From the IMG/VR virus record IMGVR_UViG_3300031721_000685, positions 11,792-75,791 of that record: DNA of 64,000 bases. One strand, given 5' to 3'. A model generated the notes under the pieces. The model saw nothing but the letters and a program-made list of their open reading frames with translations. It ran no database searches and had not been told where the DNA came from. Positions 17,041 through 26,064 of the stretch are shown here, one piece after another. How positions within the stretch are numbered: the stretch's first letter is position 1; each line of letters starts with the position of its first letter. Source of the stretch: a virus. Both the position numbers and the translations under genes were made by a program.

Positions 17041-17068
17041 AAAATGGGAGGAGACGAATCTCCTCCCA
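17041..17068 (-). terminator. Intrinsic terminator after hsp20
   Basis: TGGGAGGAGA-TTCG-TCTCCTCCCA-TTTT on the minus strand. Confidence 0.7.
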
Positions 17069-17085
17069 GTGCTAATAGCAAATTG

Positions 17086-17541
17086 CTATACGATATTCAC
17101 TTTACGAGGCTTTTGCTCGTCTGGGACAATATCTTCCAACCAGACTTTCAGCATCCCGTTTACCATCTCAGCACTCGTTACTTCAACGGTATCAGCAAGT
17201 GTGAATTGACGGGTGAACTTTCGTAGACCAATCCCACGATGAAGCCATTCTTCGCCACTAGGCTCTTCTTTCGTCTTTACGTCAGATTTGATAGTGAGTG
17301 TGGAATCTTTGTGTTCAATGTCAATATCCGCTTTGTCGAAGCCTGCTACGGCAATTTCGATAACGAACTTATTGTAGCCAATCTTTTTAACGTTAAAGGG
17401 AGGATAAGATTGTTGATTGAACTGTTCTGTGGTGGTTTTGATCCTCTTAATCATATCTTGATAGCCGATGAAATATGGCTGATAGATTGGATCGTTAAAG
17501 ATGGAGTGTACCACCTTAGTAGTATGTGTGTTAATAGTCAT
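17086..17541 (-). CDS. hsp20: Small heat-shock protein (Hsp20/IbpA-like)
   Basis: YPPFNV, IAVAGF, LHRGIG.RKFTRQFTL, NGMLKVWL, PRKVNI. Start MTINT at 17541 with AAGGAG RBS. Confidence 0.92.
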   Translation of the reverse strand: MTINTHTTKVVHSIFNDPIYQPYFIGYQDMIKRIKTTTEQFNQQSYPPFNVKKIGYNKFVIEIAVAGFDKADIDIEHKDSTLTIKSDVKTKEEPSGEEWLHRGIGLRKFTRQFTLADTVEVTSAEMVNGMLKVWLEDIVPDEQKPRKVNIV

Positions 17542-17542
17542 T

Positions 17543-17569
17543 ACTTTACTCCTTATAAGCAAGTTAAGT
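17543..17569 (-). promoter_or_regulatory. ROSE-like RNA thermometer hairpin sequestering the hsp20 SD
   Basis: ACUU-A-ACUUGCU-UAUA-AGGAGU-A-AAGU: UUGCU pairs with AGGA with a bulged G. Confidence 0.65.
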
Positions 17570-17615
17570 GTGTTTAATAAAAAAAGCATGAGACCCGTTT
17601 GGCATCTCATGCTTA

Positions 17616-17646
17616 TATTTATATCATATTAATTATAGCATGTCAA
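17616..17646 (-). promoter_or_regulatory. Overlapping sigma70-type and late promoter for hsp20
   Basis: TTGACA-17bp-TATAAATA. Confidence 0.7.
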
Positions 17647-17662
17647 TCTTTTTTATCGTTGT

Positions 17663-18130
17663 TTAAGAGTAGTTAATATCCGAATACCACACTCCAGCAC
17701 TTCTTTTAACCATACCTTTATACGGCCCATCGTGATAATATGCTAACTTTGAGCATGTGGGTTGCAGTTTATTCTCTTGCTTTTCTCCATAAAATAGCCC
17801 AATCCATACACCGTCTCTCAAATATGTTTGCATAACTTTGATATAATTTTCGTGACTAATTCTGCGAGCTATAGCGCCTTTTACCTTATTTCTTTCATTC
17901 TTTTTTTCTGACGACACTATCTCTTTTTGTATTTTAATCCATTCCTTAATCTTATCTGGATGGAGGTCATCATCTTCATCTAGATTATGCAGAGAAGAGT
18001 GAATACCAGATTTTCCATAATTAGGATTTCTTTCAGCACGAGTTGCCCGGGCTTTCTTGAGACGTTCGATAGCTGCTTGGCGTTGGTCTTCCGTCATAGG
18101 TTTACGTTTTTTACGAATCTTCTTAGCCAT
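17663..18130 (-). CDS. Basic conserved hypothetical protein
   Basis: KKRKPMTEDQRQAAIERLKKAR..YLRDGVW..FYGE. Confidence 0.65.
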   Translation of the reverse strand: MAKKIRKKRKPMTEDQRQAAIERLKKARATRAERNPNYGKSGIHSSLHNLDEDDDLHPDKIKEWIKIQKEIVSSEKKNERNKVKGAIARRISHENYIKVMQTYLRDGVWIGLFYGEKQENKLQPTCSKLAYYHDGPYKGMVKRSAGVWYSDINYS

Positions 18131-18483
18131 TATTTAAAACCACCGCTTATGTAAGAATTTAACAAACCGTTTGCAAGTAATGCAAGTCCAACAGAATTAA
18201 CAACTAACAATGCACGATCATTCCAAAGAATTGCAACAATCAACCAACCAAGAAGCCCGACTCCATGAAACAACATATTCCAAGGATACAAATTATTAGT
18301 TGTTAAAAGTATACCAATTATAATCATAACACTAGAAAACCATTTTAAATACCAACTCAAACCACTAGTTGGCGTGACAGTTTTTGTAGCTATCTCATGA
18401 GTTTTTAATTCAATACTACTAGTTCTAGTTTTATCTTCGATATCCGGATTCAATTTTATATTCTCTATCAATTTCTTAATCAT
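18130..18483 (-). CDS. Small membrane protein
   Basis: WYLKW..YPWN..W.DRAL..N with about three hydrophobic segments. Confidence 0.6.
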   Translation of the reverse strand: MIKKLIENIKLNPDIEDKTRTSSIELKTHEIATKTVTPTSGLSWYLKWFSSVMIIIGILLTTNNLYPWNMLFHGVGLLGWLIVAILWNDRALLVVNSVGLALLANGLLNSYISGGFK

Positions 18484-18512
18484 ATTATAGACTGGTCGAC
18501 GGGCAGTGTCAA
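18484..18512 (-). promoter_or_regulatory. Sigma70-type promoter
   Basis: Perfect TTGACA-17bp-TATAAT. Confidence 0.7.
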
Positions 18513-18518
18513 CCCTTT

Positions 18519-18911
18519 TTATCGTTTGCCACCAATATTATATTTTGCTACTAGCTCCCATTCGACTTTCTCTTTGTATGGTAAAATCTTAATTTGTGCT
18601 AGTGGTGCAATAACATCTTGCGTTTTCTCTGGTTCTACAATCTTCACTAGATCCCACTCGTCGAGTAGGTTAGCAATCGTATTACGACGCCCCTTGTCTT
18701 CTTCTGAAAACGAAGAACTCTTACCGTCTAGGGTAAACAGTTCCTTGAAGTGAACGATATAATACTTGCCTTTCTTATGTAGTATATGACAAGACTGATA
18801 TAGTTTTTTGTCTTTTCTGGATGCAACACCGATACGAGTCAGAGTTTCCTTTACTTTGAGAAATGCTTCTTCGTTACCTAGTTCCACCTCCACTAATGTT
18901 TCAACACTCAT
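18519..18911 (-). CDS. regA: Translational repressor RegA
   Basis: FLKVKETLTRIGVAS..LYQSCHILHK.G.YYIVHFKELF.LDG. Confidence 0.97.
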   Translation of the reverse strand: MSVETLVEVELGNEEAFLKVKETLTRIGVASRKDKKLYQSCHILHKKGKYYIVHFKELFTLDGKSSSFSEEDKGRRNTIANLLDEWDLVKIVEPEKTQDVIAPLAQIKILPYKEKVEWELVAKYNIGGKR

Positions 18912-19306
18912 TTCACGCCACCTTTTTCTTGTTTTTGTTTGATATGACCTATCTGTTCCAATGAAAGAATCTTTAGATACTGTAGGGCAACTTTTTTATT
19001 GCAGCCATAATAACTGTGTATTATATTTATATTTTCATCATCTTCAGGCTTTGACCACTTAGCAAAACGTTTTCGGCGGCGAAGAACGTTATTGTAGTAG
19101 TCAAACTGCAATATATTGTCGAGGTGATGTAGCGTGTTCATCTCATTTGCGTGTAGTATTGCATCTGGATGATATGAGAGCGCTCTATTAGAGAGAAAGG
19201 CGTTGTAGTTTTTCTCAGCAAGAGTATCGTTCTCAGTGCCTCGCATGAGGTCTTTCTTGGTATCTGATACTGCTTTGACATAATCAAAGGGATTGCTCAT
19301 TTCCAA
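18908..19306 (-). CDS. 62: Clamp loader small subunit (gp62)
   Basis: NRALS..D....NEMN, RKRFAKW; synteny between gp44 and regA. Confidence 0.9.
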   Translation of the reverse strand: MEMSNPFDYVKAVSDTKKDLMRGTENDTLAEKNYNAFLSNRALSYHPDAILHANEMNTLHHLDNILQFDYYNNVLRRRKRFAKWSKPEDDENINIIHSYYGCNKKVALQYLKILSLEQIGHIKQKQEKGGVK

Positions 19307-20235
19307 GAGACCTCAAACATGATAGCAGTGAGAAACGCCATGATGTTGATTTCAGGATCAGCAACAAACGAGTGTTTGTACTGATACTCGCCAAGAGTAA
19401 TCACAACACCAGGAACAGAGTTATCAGACACTTCTTCCCACGCAGCATCATAGAATGCACGGAAAAACTGTGATGCATCTATATCACTGTTCTCGCCAAC
19501 CCACTTACGAACAGATTGATAGTCTTTCGCTTTCATGTAAGTTAGTAGTTGTTTAAACGATTCTTGACTTAGATTTGCTAGAATGCCAGAATCAATACGA
19601 CCAGTAGAAGCGTAACGTTGGCATTCGTTGATAACCCTGCGCCAGTCAGGAAAGTGTATGTTAACCAATTCAGCAACGACTTTACTCTCAAATTCAACAT
19701 TTTCATTCTTGAGAATGCCACAGAGTCGTTTGTAGAATTGTGATGCAAGTTTAGCTTTTTCCGCACCTTTAGTTTTAAAATCAATAACTGTGCACCGAGA
19801 ATGTAGTGGTTCGATGACACGGTTCTTGAAATTACAAGTAAGAATGAACCCACAGTTTTTACTAAACTCTTCCATAAAGTTACGAAGAGCGGGTTGAGTT
19901 GATTGAGGGTTGAGGTAATCAGCCTCGTCAAGGATGACATACTTACGGCCTCCAGTAAAGGATACTGCTGAAGCAAATTGCATGATTTCAGTTCGCAGCG
20001 TATCAATGTTACCGTTCATTGAGCCATTGATAACAATATAGTCAGCACCAAGTTGTTCGCATAATGCTTTCGCAACAGTCGTCTTACCAATACCAGCACT
20101 ACCAGTCAATAGTAGATTAGGGATATTCTCTTGGTTGACAAACTGCTGAAAAGTTTTCTTTAATTCACTTGAAAGAATCGTATCAGCAATCGTTTTAGGA
20201 CGATATTTCTGCACCCAAAGAAACTCTTCGTTCAT
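19297..20235 (-). CDS. 44: Clamp loader large subunit (gp44)
   Basis: LWVQKYRP, GSAGIGKTT, ILDEAD, SRC. Confidence 0.97.
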   Translation of the reverse strand: MNEEFLWVQKYRPKTIADTILSSELKKTFQQFVNQENIPNLLLTGSAGIGKTTVAKALCEQLGADYIVINGSMNGNIDTLRTEIMQFASAVSFTGGRKYVILDEADYLNPQSTQPALRNFMEEFSKNCGFILTCNFKNRVIEPLHSRCTVIDFKTKGAEKAKLASQFYKRLCGILKNENVEFESKVVAELVNIHFPDWRRVINECQRYASTGRIDSGILANLSQESFKQLLTYMKAKDYQSVRKWVGENSDIDASQFFRAFYDAAWEEVSDNSVPGVVITLGEYQYKHSFVADPEINIMAFLTAIMFEVSWK

Positions 20236-20264
20236 ATCGAAACTCCATCATATAATAAAAATCA

Positions 20265-20304
20265 AGTATAGCAGAAAAGGGGATGAGCGTCAACCCATCC
20301 CCTT
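20265..20304 (-). promoter_or_regulatory. Sigma70-type promoter overlapping a terminator-like hairpin
   Basis: TTGACG-17bp-TATACT (20265-20293). The -35 box lies in the loop of the AAGGGGATG...CATCCCCTT inverted repeat, followed by TTTT on the minus strand. Confidence 0.6.
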
Positions 20305-20310
20305 AAAGTT

Positions 20311-20583
20311 TTAGCTCAGAGTAGAGAGATCAGCATCATCTACTGCTTCAACAGGCACTTCAGCGACTTCTGCTGGAGCAGCCCCGCTAGATGCAGCATC
20401 TGCTTCTGCTGCCGCCTTCTGCCTATCCACTTCTTCTTGTAGGATTCCAGCAAATTTTTCACGAAGGGTGCCAACAGAAGTCAGTTCTGGGCCACGGATA
20501 GCACCACGAGCGCAAACGGCGTCAATCACACGAACAACAGCGTCAATATCTTGTAGGGTGATTTGAGTAGCTTCTTCAGTCAT
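20311..20583 (-). CDS. Conserved hypothetical protein
   Basis: ITLQD..V.VID....RGA..G.EL..VG pattern; GGAG RBS before MTEEA. Confidence 0.65.
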   Translation of the reverse strand: MTEEATQITLQDIDAVVRVIDAVCARGAIRGPELTSVGTLREKFAGILQEEVDRQKAAAEADAASSGAAPAEVAEVPVEAVDDADLSTLS

Positions 20584-20584
20584 A

Positions 20585-21244
20585 TTATTCTCCAAATGTA
20601 GAGTTAGATTCAATTGCAATAAAATATTTTACATTGTCCGAAACGAAGCACGATAGCCCCTTTGATGATAGATTAACCATATAATCATTCGGCATTAGTT
20701 TTAGATTTTCAACTTTGAGATACATATTAAACGCATCTGATGTCGAACCAACAACGACACCATAACGGTCAGTTGTTGGATTTTTAGAGTTTACAGCCTC
20801 CAATACGATTTCACCATTGACCCCTGAAAAGGCAATCTCTGGTAAACCAAGCACAGAAGCAGCCTTGAGAACAGACTGCATATCACTCCAAGAAATATTC
20901 ACATTTACCTCACAAACAGGCATAGAGATATCTTTTTCTGGTGGTTGTAAAATCATAGAAACATCAGCAAGAGTATATTCAACTTTTTGCTTGTTCTCCA
21001 TGATATTGATTGATTTATCATTGAAAGCAATCTCAGGTGTTTCGAACAACGATACTGTTGCGAGAAAACGAGATAGGTCATAGATACCTGCTTCAGATGA
21101 AAAATCATCTTTACCGTTAGCAATAGCCATAATAGTCTTTTGAGGAGAAATTGTTCTCAATGCGCTACCAGGTTTGATAACGATAGAAGGATTAATAGAA
21201 GAGAAATTCTTCAAGATGTCCATAGTATATTCGTTTAGCTGCAT
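20585..21244 (-). CDS. 45: Sliding clamp (gp45)
   Basis: LKNFSSIN.SI, GIYDL..FL, KVENLKL, YFIA.E. Confidence 0.95.
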   Translation of the reverse strand: MQLNEYTMDILKNFSSINPSIVIKPGSALRTISPQKTIMAIANGKDDFSSEAGIYDLSRFLATVSLFETPEIAFNDKSINIMENKQKVEYTLADVSMILQPPEKDISMPVCEVNVNISWSDMQSVLKAASVLGLPEIAFSGVNGEIVLEAVNSKNPTTDRYGVVVGSTSDAFNMYLKVENLKLMPNDYMVNLSSKGLSCFVSDNVKYFIAIESNSTFGE

Positions 21245-21258
21245 TATATAGATCTCCG

Positions 21259-22212
21259 TTATTTACGATTGCGCTTACGAGTAGCACGAGTAGTTTTAGC
21301 CTTTTGTCGTTCTTTATTTATATGAGTTTTTTTACCCTCTTTGTAGTATTTTTGGTTCGATTCGTCGCTTGCAGTAGGTGACGCACTAATAGCAGCCATT
21401 GCACCAAGGCTGCCACCGAAGATATATGAACCAACATGCTTGAGTTCCATCCAAGGACACATCCATACCTTCATACCAGCTTTACGAACATTCTGACAGA
21501 ACATATAGTCTTCTGATAGATAACGCTTCGTCTCTGGGTCAATGATACAGTCAAAGTAAGCCATAATCTCACGAGAGCCATCAAAAGCGTCTGTGCGAAT
21601 ATGGTCTGGTAGATAGTGATATTCTGGATATGCCTCCTCATATTTCTCAAATGTATTACGAGGAATACACATGAAACCAGTACCAGCTTCTAGTACTTCT
21701 ACTGGTTGGTCAACACGAAACCCCGTGACTCCCTTTGCTGGATTGAACACGTAGTCGCCAACAAAGTTCTCAAGATTAAACGGATTCTCATCAGCATGGC
21801 CCATCTTCACTGCCTTAGCAATCTTTTCCCATGAGATAGATTTCTTAGGATATGGACCTGTGATGATATCTGTATTATCTGGATCAGCCATTTGCAACGC
21901 AAGCAAGGCAAACACATCGTTCGGCTGAAAGCCAATATCGCTATCAATGAACATCATATGAGTGCAATCACTACGCATGAACTCGTCCACACAGTAGTTT
22001 CTAGCACGAGTAACAAGAGATTCGTTGAATAGATAATAAAACTTCAGTTCAACACCATACTTGACTGCCGCCATACCAAGGTCGTTGGTAGATTTAGTGT
22101 ACATGCCAGCGCATTGACCGCCGTACATAGGTGTTGCAACGAACACCTTTGCTTTTCGTAACTCCTCAACTTGAATTTTTAGTTGCATAGGCATTCCTTT
22201 CATTAGTATCAT
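21259..22212 (-). CDS. GT-A fold glycosyltransferase-like protein
   Basis: VATPMYGG, ESLVTRARN, FIDSDI (DxD), GTGFM, LSEDYMFC. Confidence 0.7.
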   Translation of the reverse strand: MILMKGMPMQLKIQVEELRKAKVFVATPMYGGQCAGMYTKSTNDLGMAAVKYGVELKFYYLFNESLVTRARNYCVDEFMRSDCTHMMFIDSDIGFQPNDVFALLALQMADPDNTDIITGPYPKKSISWEKIAKAVKMGHADENPFNLENFVGDYVFNPAKGVTGFRVDQPVEVLEAGTGFMCIPRNTFEKYEEAYPEYHYLPDHIRTDAFDGSREIMAYFDCIIDPETKRYLSEDYMFCQNVRKAGMKVWMCPWMELKHVGSYIFGGSLGAMAAISASPTASDESNQKYYKEGKKTHINKERQKAKTTRATRKRNRK

Positions 22213-22498
22213 CTTTCGCTTCCCAAACGTTTAGATGATTGTTATCATGATCATGTAGAGCTATGATAGCATAGTGAATGACCTTTGTCAAGTCATTTCG
22301 CCAATCTTCCACACTTCCTTTATGCCCATATCGTTGAGCGTACTTCATAATATTACCAATACAAAAACCAGCACCATGACCACTATCTAAAATAAACTCA
22401 GTAGCTTGATACTTGTTCTGCGAATAATGCTGGCTGTAGGTAGAGTCTACATACTCTAAGATTTCTGCCAGCAGCTTGTCTTCACTATACTTATACAT
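22166..22498 (-). CDS. DUF3310-like protein (T7 gp1.7 nucleotide-kinase-related)
   Basis: HY..., GFCIGNIMKYAQRYG.KG...DL.K..HY. Confidence 0.7.
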   Translation of the reverse strand: MYKYSEDKLLAEILEYVDSTYSQHYSQNKYQATEFILDSGHGAGFCIGNIMKYAQRYGHKGSVEDWRNDLTKVIHYAIIALHDHDNNHLNVWEAKDDTNERNAYATKNSS

Positions 22499-22515
22499 CG
22501 CCTCTACCTCTAGCT

Positions 22516-22893
22516 TTACGAAACCCCATTATATATCATTCTCTTCAACTCTGGTTTACGATAATTCGGACCCTTGAGAACTTTGCCGTCCTCACGATAG
22601 ATAGGCTTTCCGTCAATTCCTAATTTACTCATATTACTATTATGCACTTCTTCGAGGCATTTGTCAAGATCAATTCCAAAAGAATGTCCAGCACCATATA
22701 CAACGTATAAAATATCAGTCAGAGCATCTGCAACCTCAACGATATTTCTATCGTCTAATGCTTCACGAAGCTCTATAACTTCTTCTTCAATCAATGCATA
22801 GCGTAGTTCAGCAACAGAAGACCACTGTGGTTCAGTCTCAACATTTTGACCAAACGCATCCATAAACTCTTCTACTTTTTCAAAGTTAGTCAT
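22516..22893 (-). CDS. MazG-like NTP pyrophosphohydrolase
   Basis: LIEEE..EL, EVADALTDILYV, EVH.SNMSKL, REDGKVLKGPNY. Confidence 0.85.
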   Translation of the reverse strand: MTNFEKVEEFMDAFGQNVETEPQWSSVAELRYALIEEEVIELREALDDRNIVEVADALTDILYVVYGAGHSFGIDLDKCLEEVHNSNMSKLGIDGKPIYREDGKVLKGPNYRKPELKRMIYNGVS

Positions 22894-22896
22894 ACA

Positions 22897-23811
22897 TTAT
22901 TCTCCATAATTTTCAATAAGAATCATACCATAGTTATTCGTTTCGGAAAGCATTTTCATATCAGGTTTGTAGCGTAGTTTATTCTTTTTGAAAGGCCCAT
23001 AATCAACATGATGATGCCAACGACCATATTTCCAAGAAATACGAGCAACGTCTGGATGCATTTTAACGAGCATCTCTGATTTGTTCACTGTACCTACAGC
23101 GTTATAACCAATATTCTTCATATCTTCAGCTTTATCTAAAACTTCAGTGCCTAATTCTTTATGATAGAATTCCTCAGTGTTGCCACCCTTCACAGTTTGA
23201 GTGGCTGCTTTGCCTTGAAGAAAGGAATTGAATTGAATAGTACAATCGCCATCCTTTAGCACACGAAGAGATAGGTCAGTATCTTCATTATAACGACCAC
23301 GCCAACGATGCTTGCACTCATTATCAATGAGCAAGCAAGAATAGATACGAGTGTTTGTAACAAAGGGCGGATAATGCTGATTTGGAGCAATAAAAAAACG
23401 ATACTGAAAACCAGACACTGGAACATTCTCAAAACGATCTATAAAGTCTTCTGCTGCTTTGAAGATAGCGCCACTGCCGACACGAATACGTTTGTTCTTA
23501 TGTAGTCTGTAGAAGTCGGCAATATTATCATCCATTACCCAATGCTTTTCAGCACCAATAGAGATAGCATGATCCCAGCACCAGTTTCTTGCTCTGCCTG
23601 GTCCATCACCATGATTGCTGAATGGGGCAACAAGTAAGGTTACCCATTCACGAATATTGAAATTATCTAACGCTTTCTCATAATTATCTAAATCTTGTGG
23701 CTCAATCGCAATATAATGTGGTACACCGATCTTACATAAAGACCTTGAGGTACCCATAGATTCGTGTCTGCCTTTAGAAACAATATAAACTGGCTGTTCA
23801 GGATTAGTCAT
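22897..23811 (-). CDS. TET-associated/GREB1-like DNA-base glycosyltransferase (related to T-even glucosyl-hmC transferases)
   Basis: YIVSKGR, ARNWCWD, VMDDNI, YNEDTDLSLR, KGGNT. Confidence 0.7.
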   Translation of the reverse strand: MTNPEQPVYIVSKGRHESMGTSRSLCKIGVPHYIAIEPQDLDNYEKALDNFNIREWVTLLVAPFSNHGDGPGRARNWCWDHAISIGAEKHWVMDDNIADFYRLHKNKRIRVGSGAIFKAAEDFIDRFENVPVSGFQYRFFIAPNQHYPPFVTNTRIYSCLLIDNECKHRWRGRYNEDTDLSLRVLKDGDCTIQFNSFLQGKAATQTVKGGNTEEFYHKELGTEVLDKAEDMKNIGYNAVGTVNKSEMLVKMHPDVARISWKYGRWHHHVDYGPFKKNKLRYKPDMKMLSETNNYGMILIENYGE

Positions 23812-24664
23812 TCAAAAAGTTCTCCAGATTATTACCACGTTTAGAGTATGCTTTGTTCCAGTGACATCTCCATTTGCCAAAATCACGAAAGCCACCATCC
23901 TCTCTCTTTACATTACCAACAGTTATATCTTTGTAAACGATTTCAAACAAGCCAGGAAACATTTTCGCTATAGTTTCGTGGTCTCTTTGCGTATCTTCGA
24001 CAGTCTGTTCATCCCATATGACAGATTTCATAGTCTTATTATTAACACTTTTGTTCACAAAACAAAACTCTTGGCTTACTCTGTTGCTGAATCCTCGTGT
24101 GAGTAGAGATAGAAGAAATACGATATCTTCGCCGACTTTGACCTCAGTTAGTTTTAAATCGGGCAACACATGAGCAAAGTCCTTTCCGTTAATCCAATAT
24201 TGACTGCCCAAAGAAACGTTCGTTGAATAGGCTTTAATCCTAGGAGGATGTTCAATGTGACTGCATCCACACACAGTAACATCATCTTCTAGCCAAGAAG
24301 AATACATTTCAAACATCTCTAAAATATCATCAGGTGTGCATTTGCGTTTAGACTTTTTCATACTAGAGATGTCAGACCAATATTTAGTATTACGACGATA
24401 AAAAGTGATATCATCATCTAGTAGAGCGTATTTCATATCCTTAGCTTCATTGTAGATTATGTTGCGTGTCTCAGATATTGCTCTAGGATGCTCTAATGTA
24501 ATATACTCTGGTAGAACCAAATAGTCAACATTAAAATCGTATTTTTCTCGTTCCCACGACTGAACAACGAACACTACCTGACGTTTGAGTTCATCAGGTA
24601 GAGCATTGTATGTGATTTGATTGTCAATTCGATTCACAGTGGGAATGAATATCTTATCCATCAT
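23804..24664 (-). CDS. Second GT-A/GREB1-like glycosyltransferase
   Basis: IFIPT.NR, ETRN.I, LLDDDI, GEDI...L.LL..G. Confidence 0.65.
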   Translation of the reverse strand: MMDKIFIPTVNRIDNQITYNALPDELKRQVVFVVQSWEREKYDFNVDYLVLPEYITLEHPRAISETRNIIYNEAKDMKYALLDDDITFYRRNTKYWSDISSMKKSKRKCTPDDILEMFEMYSSWLEDDVTVCGCSHIEHPPRIKAYSTNVSLGSQYWINGKDFAHVLPDLKLTEVKVGEDIVFLLSLLTRGFSNRVSQEFCFVNKSVNNKTMKSVIWDEQTVEDTQRDHETIAKMFPGLFEIVYKDITVGNVKREDGGFRDFGKWRCHWNKAYSKRGNNLENFLND

Positions 24665-25029
24665 TCTTCTTCTATCCAGCGTAATAGAGAGTTAGCTGTC
24701 TTATCTAGTTTTGGATGCCAGATTACTGGGTTGTTTTTAGATTTAACTGATGGGTATTGTCCGATCAATTCGCAGAACTCGTTGTAGTCTTCTTCATTTC
24801 TAAAATGAACGTAGATAGTTTTGAACTTACCGTCTTTATTAACAGCATTCTCGAACTCGGGCATGCCTTGCCAGTGCTTTTTCCAATAATTTGGATGCGA
24901 AGTTTCAACGTCTGAAATGTCATCAACGAAGTCTTCAAGTGTTGATTCTTTTGACTCAACTTTCTCAGACATTTCTTTCATATAGTTATCGTAATCTCCA
25001 CTTTCTTTTACTGTCATTATCATCTCCAA
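24661..25029 (-). CDS. Hypothetical protein of the modification cluster
   Basis: W..HWQGMPEF, VHFRNEEDY..F..LIGQ, IWHP; translationally coupled to the glycosyltransferases. Confidence 0.6.
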   Translation of the reverse strand: MEMIMTVKESGDYDNYMKEMSEKVESKESTLEDFVDDISDVETSHPNYWKKHWQGMPEFENAVNKDGKFKTIYVHFRNEEDYNEFCELIGQYPSVKSKNNPVIWHPKLDKTANSLLRWIEEE

Positions 25030-25962
25030 TTAGAAAAAACTTTCAAGTGTTACTTTTTTATTCTTATTGTATTTCATGTTTTCAACTTCTAAATTGAAAT
25101 CAGGCATAGGTATGTTTTTCTTATTTGCTCTATCGGTTATGTCATACCAAATTAGATCAACGTCTTTTGGGTAAGATTGGTGGAACCAATCGAAAGTCGT
25201 CTTACCTATACCAGCGTCTTTTTTCGAATCTGGCATAGGTTTTAAATATTTCTTGGCAGTCTTATTGAGAGGATAGATGTATCGAAACATATAGCCAGAA
25301 ATACGTTTAATACCTTTCTTTTGCATGAAATCGGACGTTAACCAAAACACTTGTTCTGGTCGTTTGAGTTTATCCCATCTGCCATCATTCTTTTCTTTTA
25401 AGAACAAAGCGTTTTCTTTACATAGTTCTTTGGATGTTCTAGGATGCAATTTCTCACCATTTTCCATGAGATATACATCTGTAAAATATTTATTGCCAAA
25501 ATAAAAGTTGGATGCTTGATATACATAACCACATTTCCCCATGATGCCGTCTGCCATCGTGTATAGAAAAAGACACTTCGGATGATTCTCTTTTAACCAG
25601 CGAATAGTGGCAGACAACATTTGTGATTCTGAATTCCTAGGCATAGCGTCTGTCATACACATTTTACCAATCTCAAAATAGTAATTAGAAATCGGATGTA
25701 TATACTTTCCATCCTCAGTTTTCTCATTGACTTCATCTTTGAAACCAACAAACATTTTTTTAAATGTATCTCTTGGTCTTGTACCCCATCCAAGAGTCAA
25801 CGCACCTACCAAAGCACTATCTAGATAAAAACCTAAATAGTGCTTTGTGATCGCAGGCATGACAGGAGAGTAATGATGATTTTCTACGAACTGAACAGCA
25901 ACATGTTTATTAAGTTCTTTTACTTCAAACTTTACTTTTATGGTGCCTGTCTTATTTCTCAT
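25030..25962 (-). CDS. Mom-like (GNAT-fold) DNA-base modification enzyme
   Basis: FV..HHYS, LGWG, EIGKMC, PRNSESQML, YTMADG, GYVYQASNF, which match Mu Mom-family motifs; ends in TLESFF. Confidence 0.65.
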   Translation of the reverse strand: MRNKTGTIKVKFEVKELNKHVAVQFVENHHYSPVMPAITKHYLGFYLDSALVGALTLGWGTRPRDTFKKMFVGFKDEVNEKTEDGKYIHPISNYYFEIGKMCMTDAMPRNSESQMLSATIRWLKENHPKCLFLYTMADGIMGKCGYVYQASNFYFGNKYFTDVYLMENGEKLHPRTSKELCKENALFLKEKNDGRWDKLKRPEQVFWLTSDFMQKKGIKRISGYMFRYIYPLNKTAKKYLKPMPDSKKDAGIGKTTFDWFHQSYPKDVDLIWYDITDRANKKNIPMPDFNLEVENMKYNKNKKVTLESFF

Positions 25963-26030
25963 GTTATGAATAGTTTACCTTGATGATCAACCGCTTACCT
26001 TCCTTCGAAATGTTTTTCTGATTGTGTCTA

Positions 26031-26059
26031 ATAATAGCACACGGAAAGGAGTGTGTCAA
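26031..26059 (-). promoter_or_regulatory. Sigma70-type promoter for the modification operon
   Basis: TTGACA-17bp-TATTAT. Confidence 0.65.
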
Positions 26060-26064
26060 GTGCT

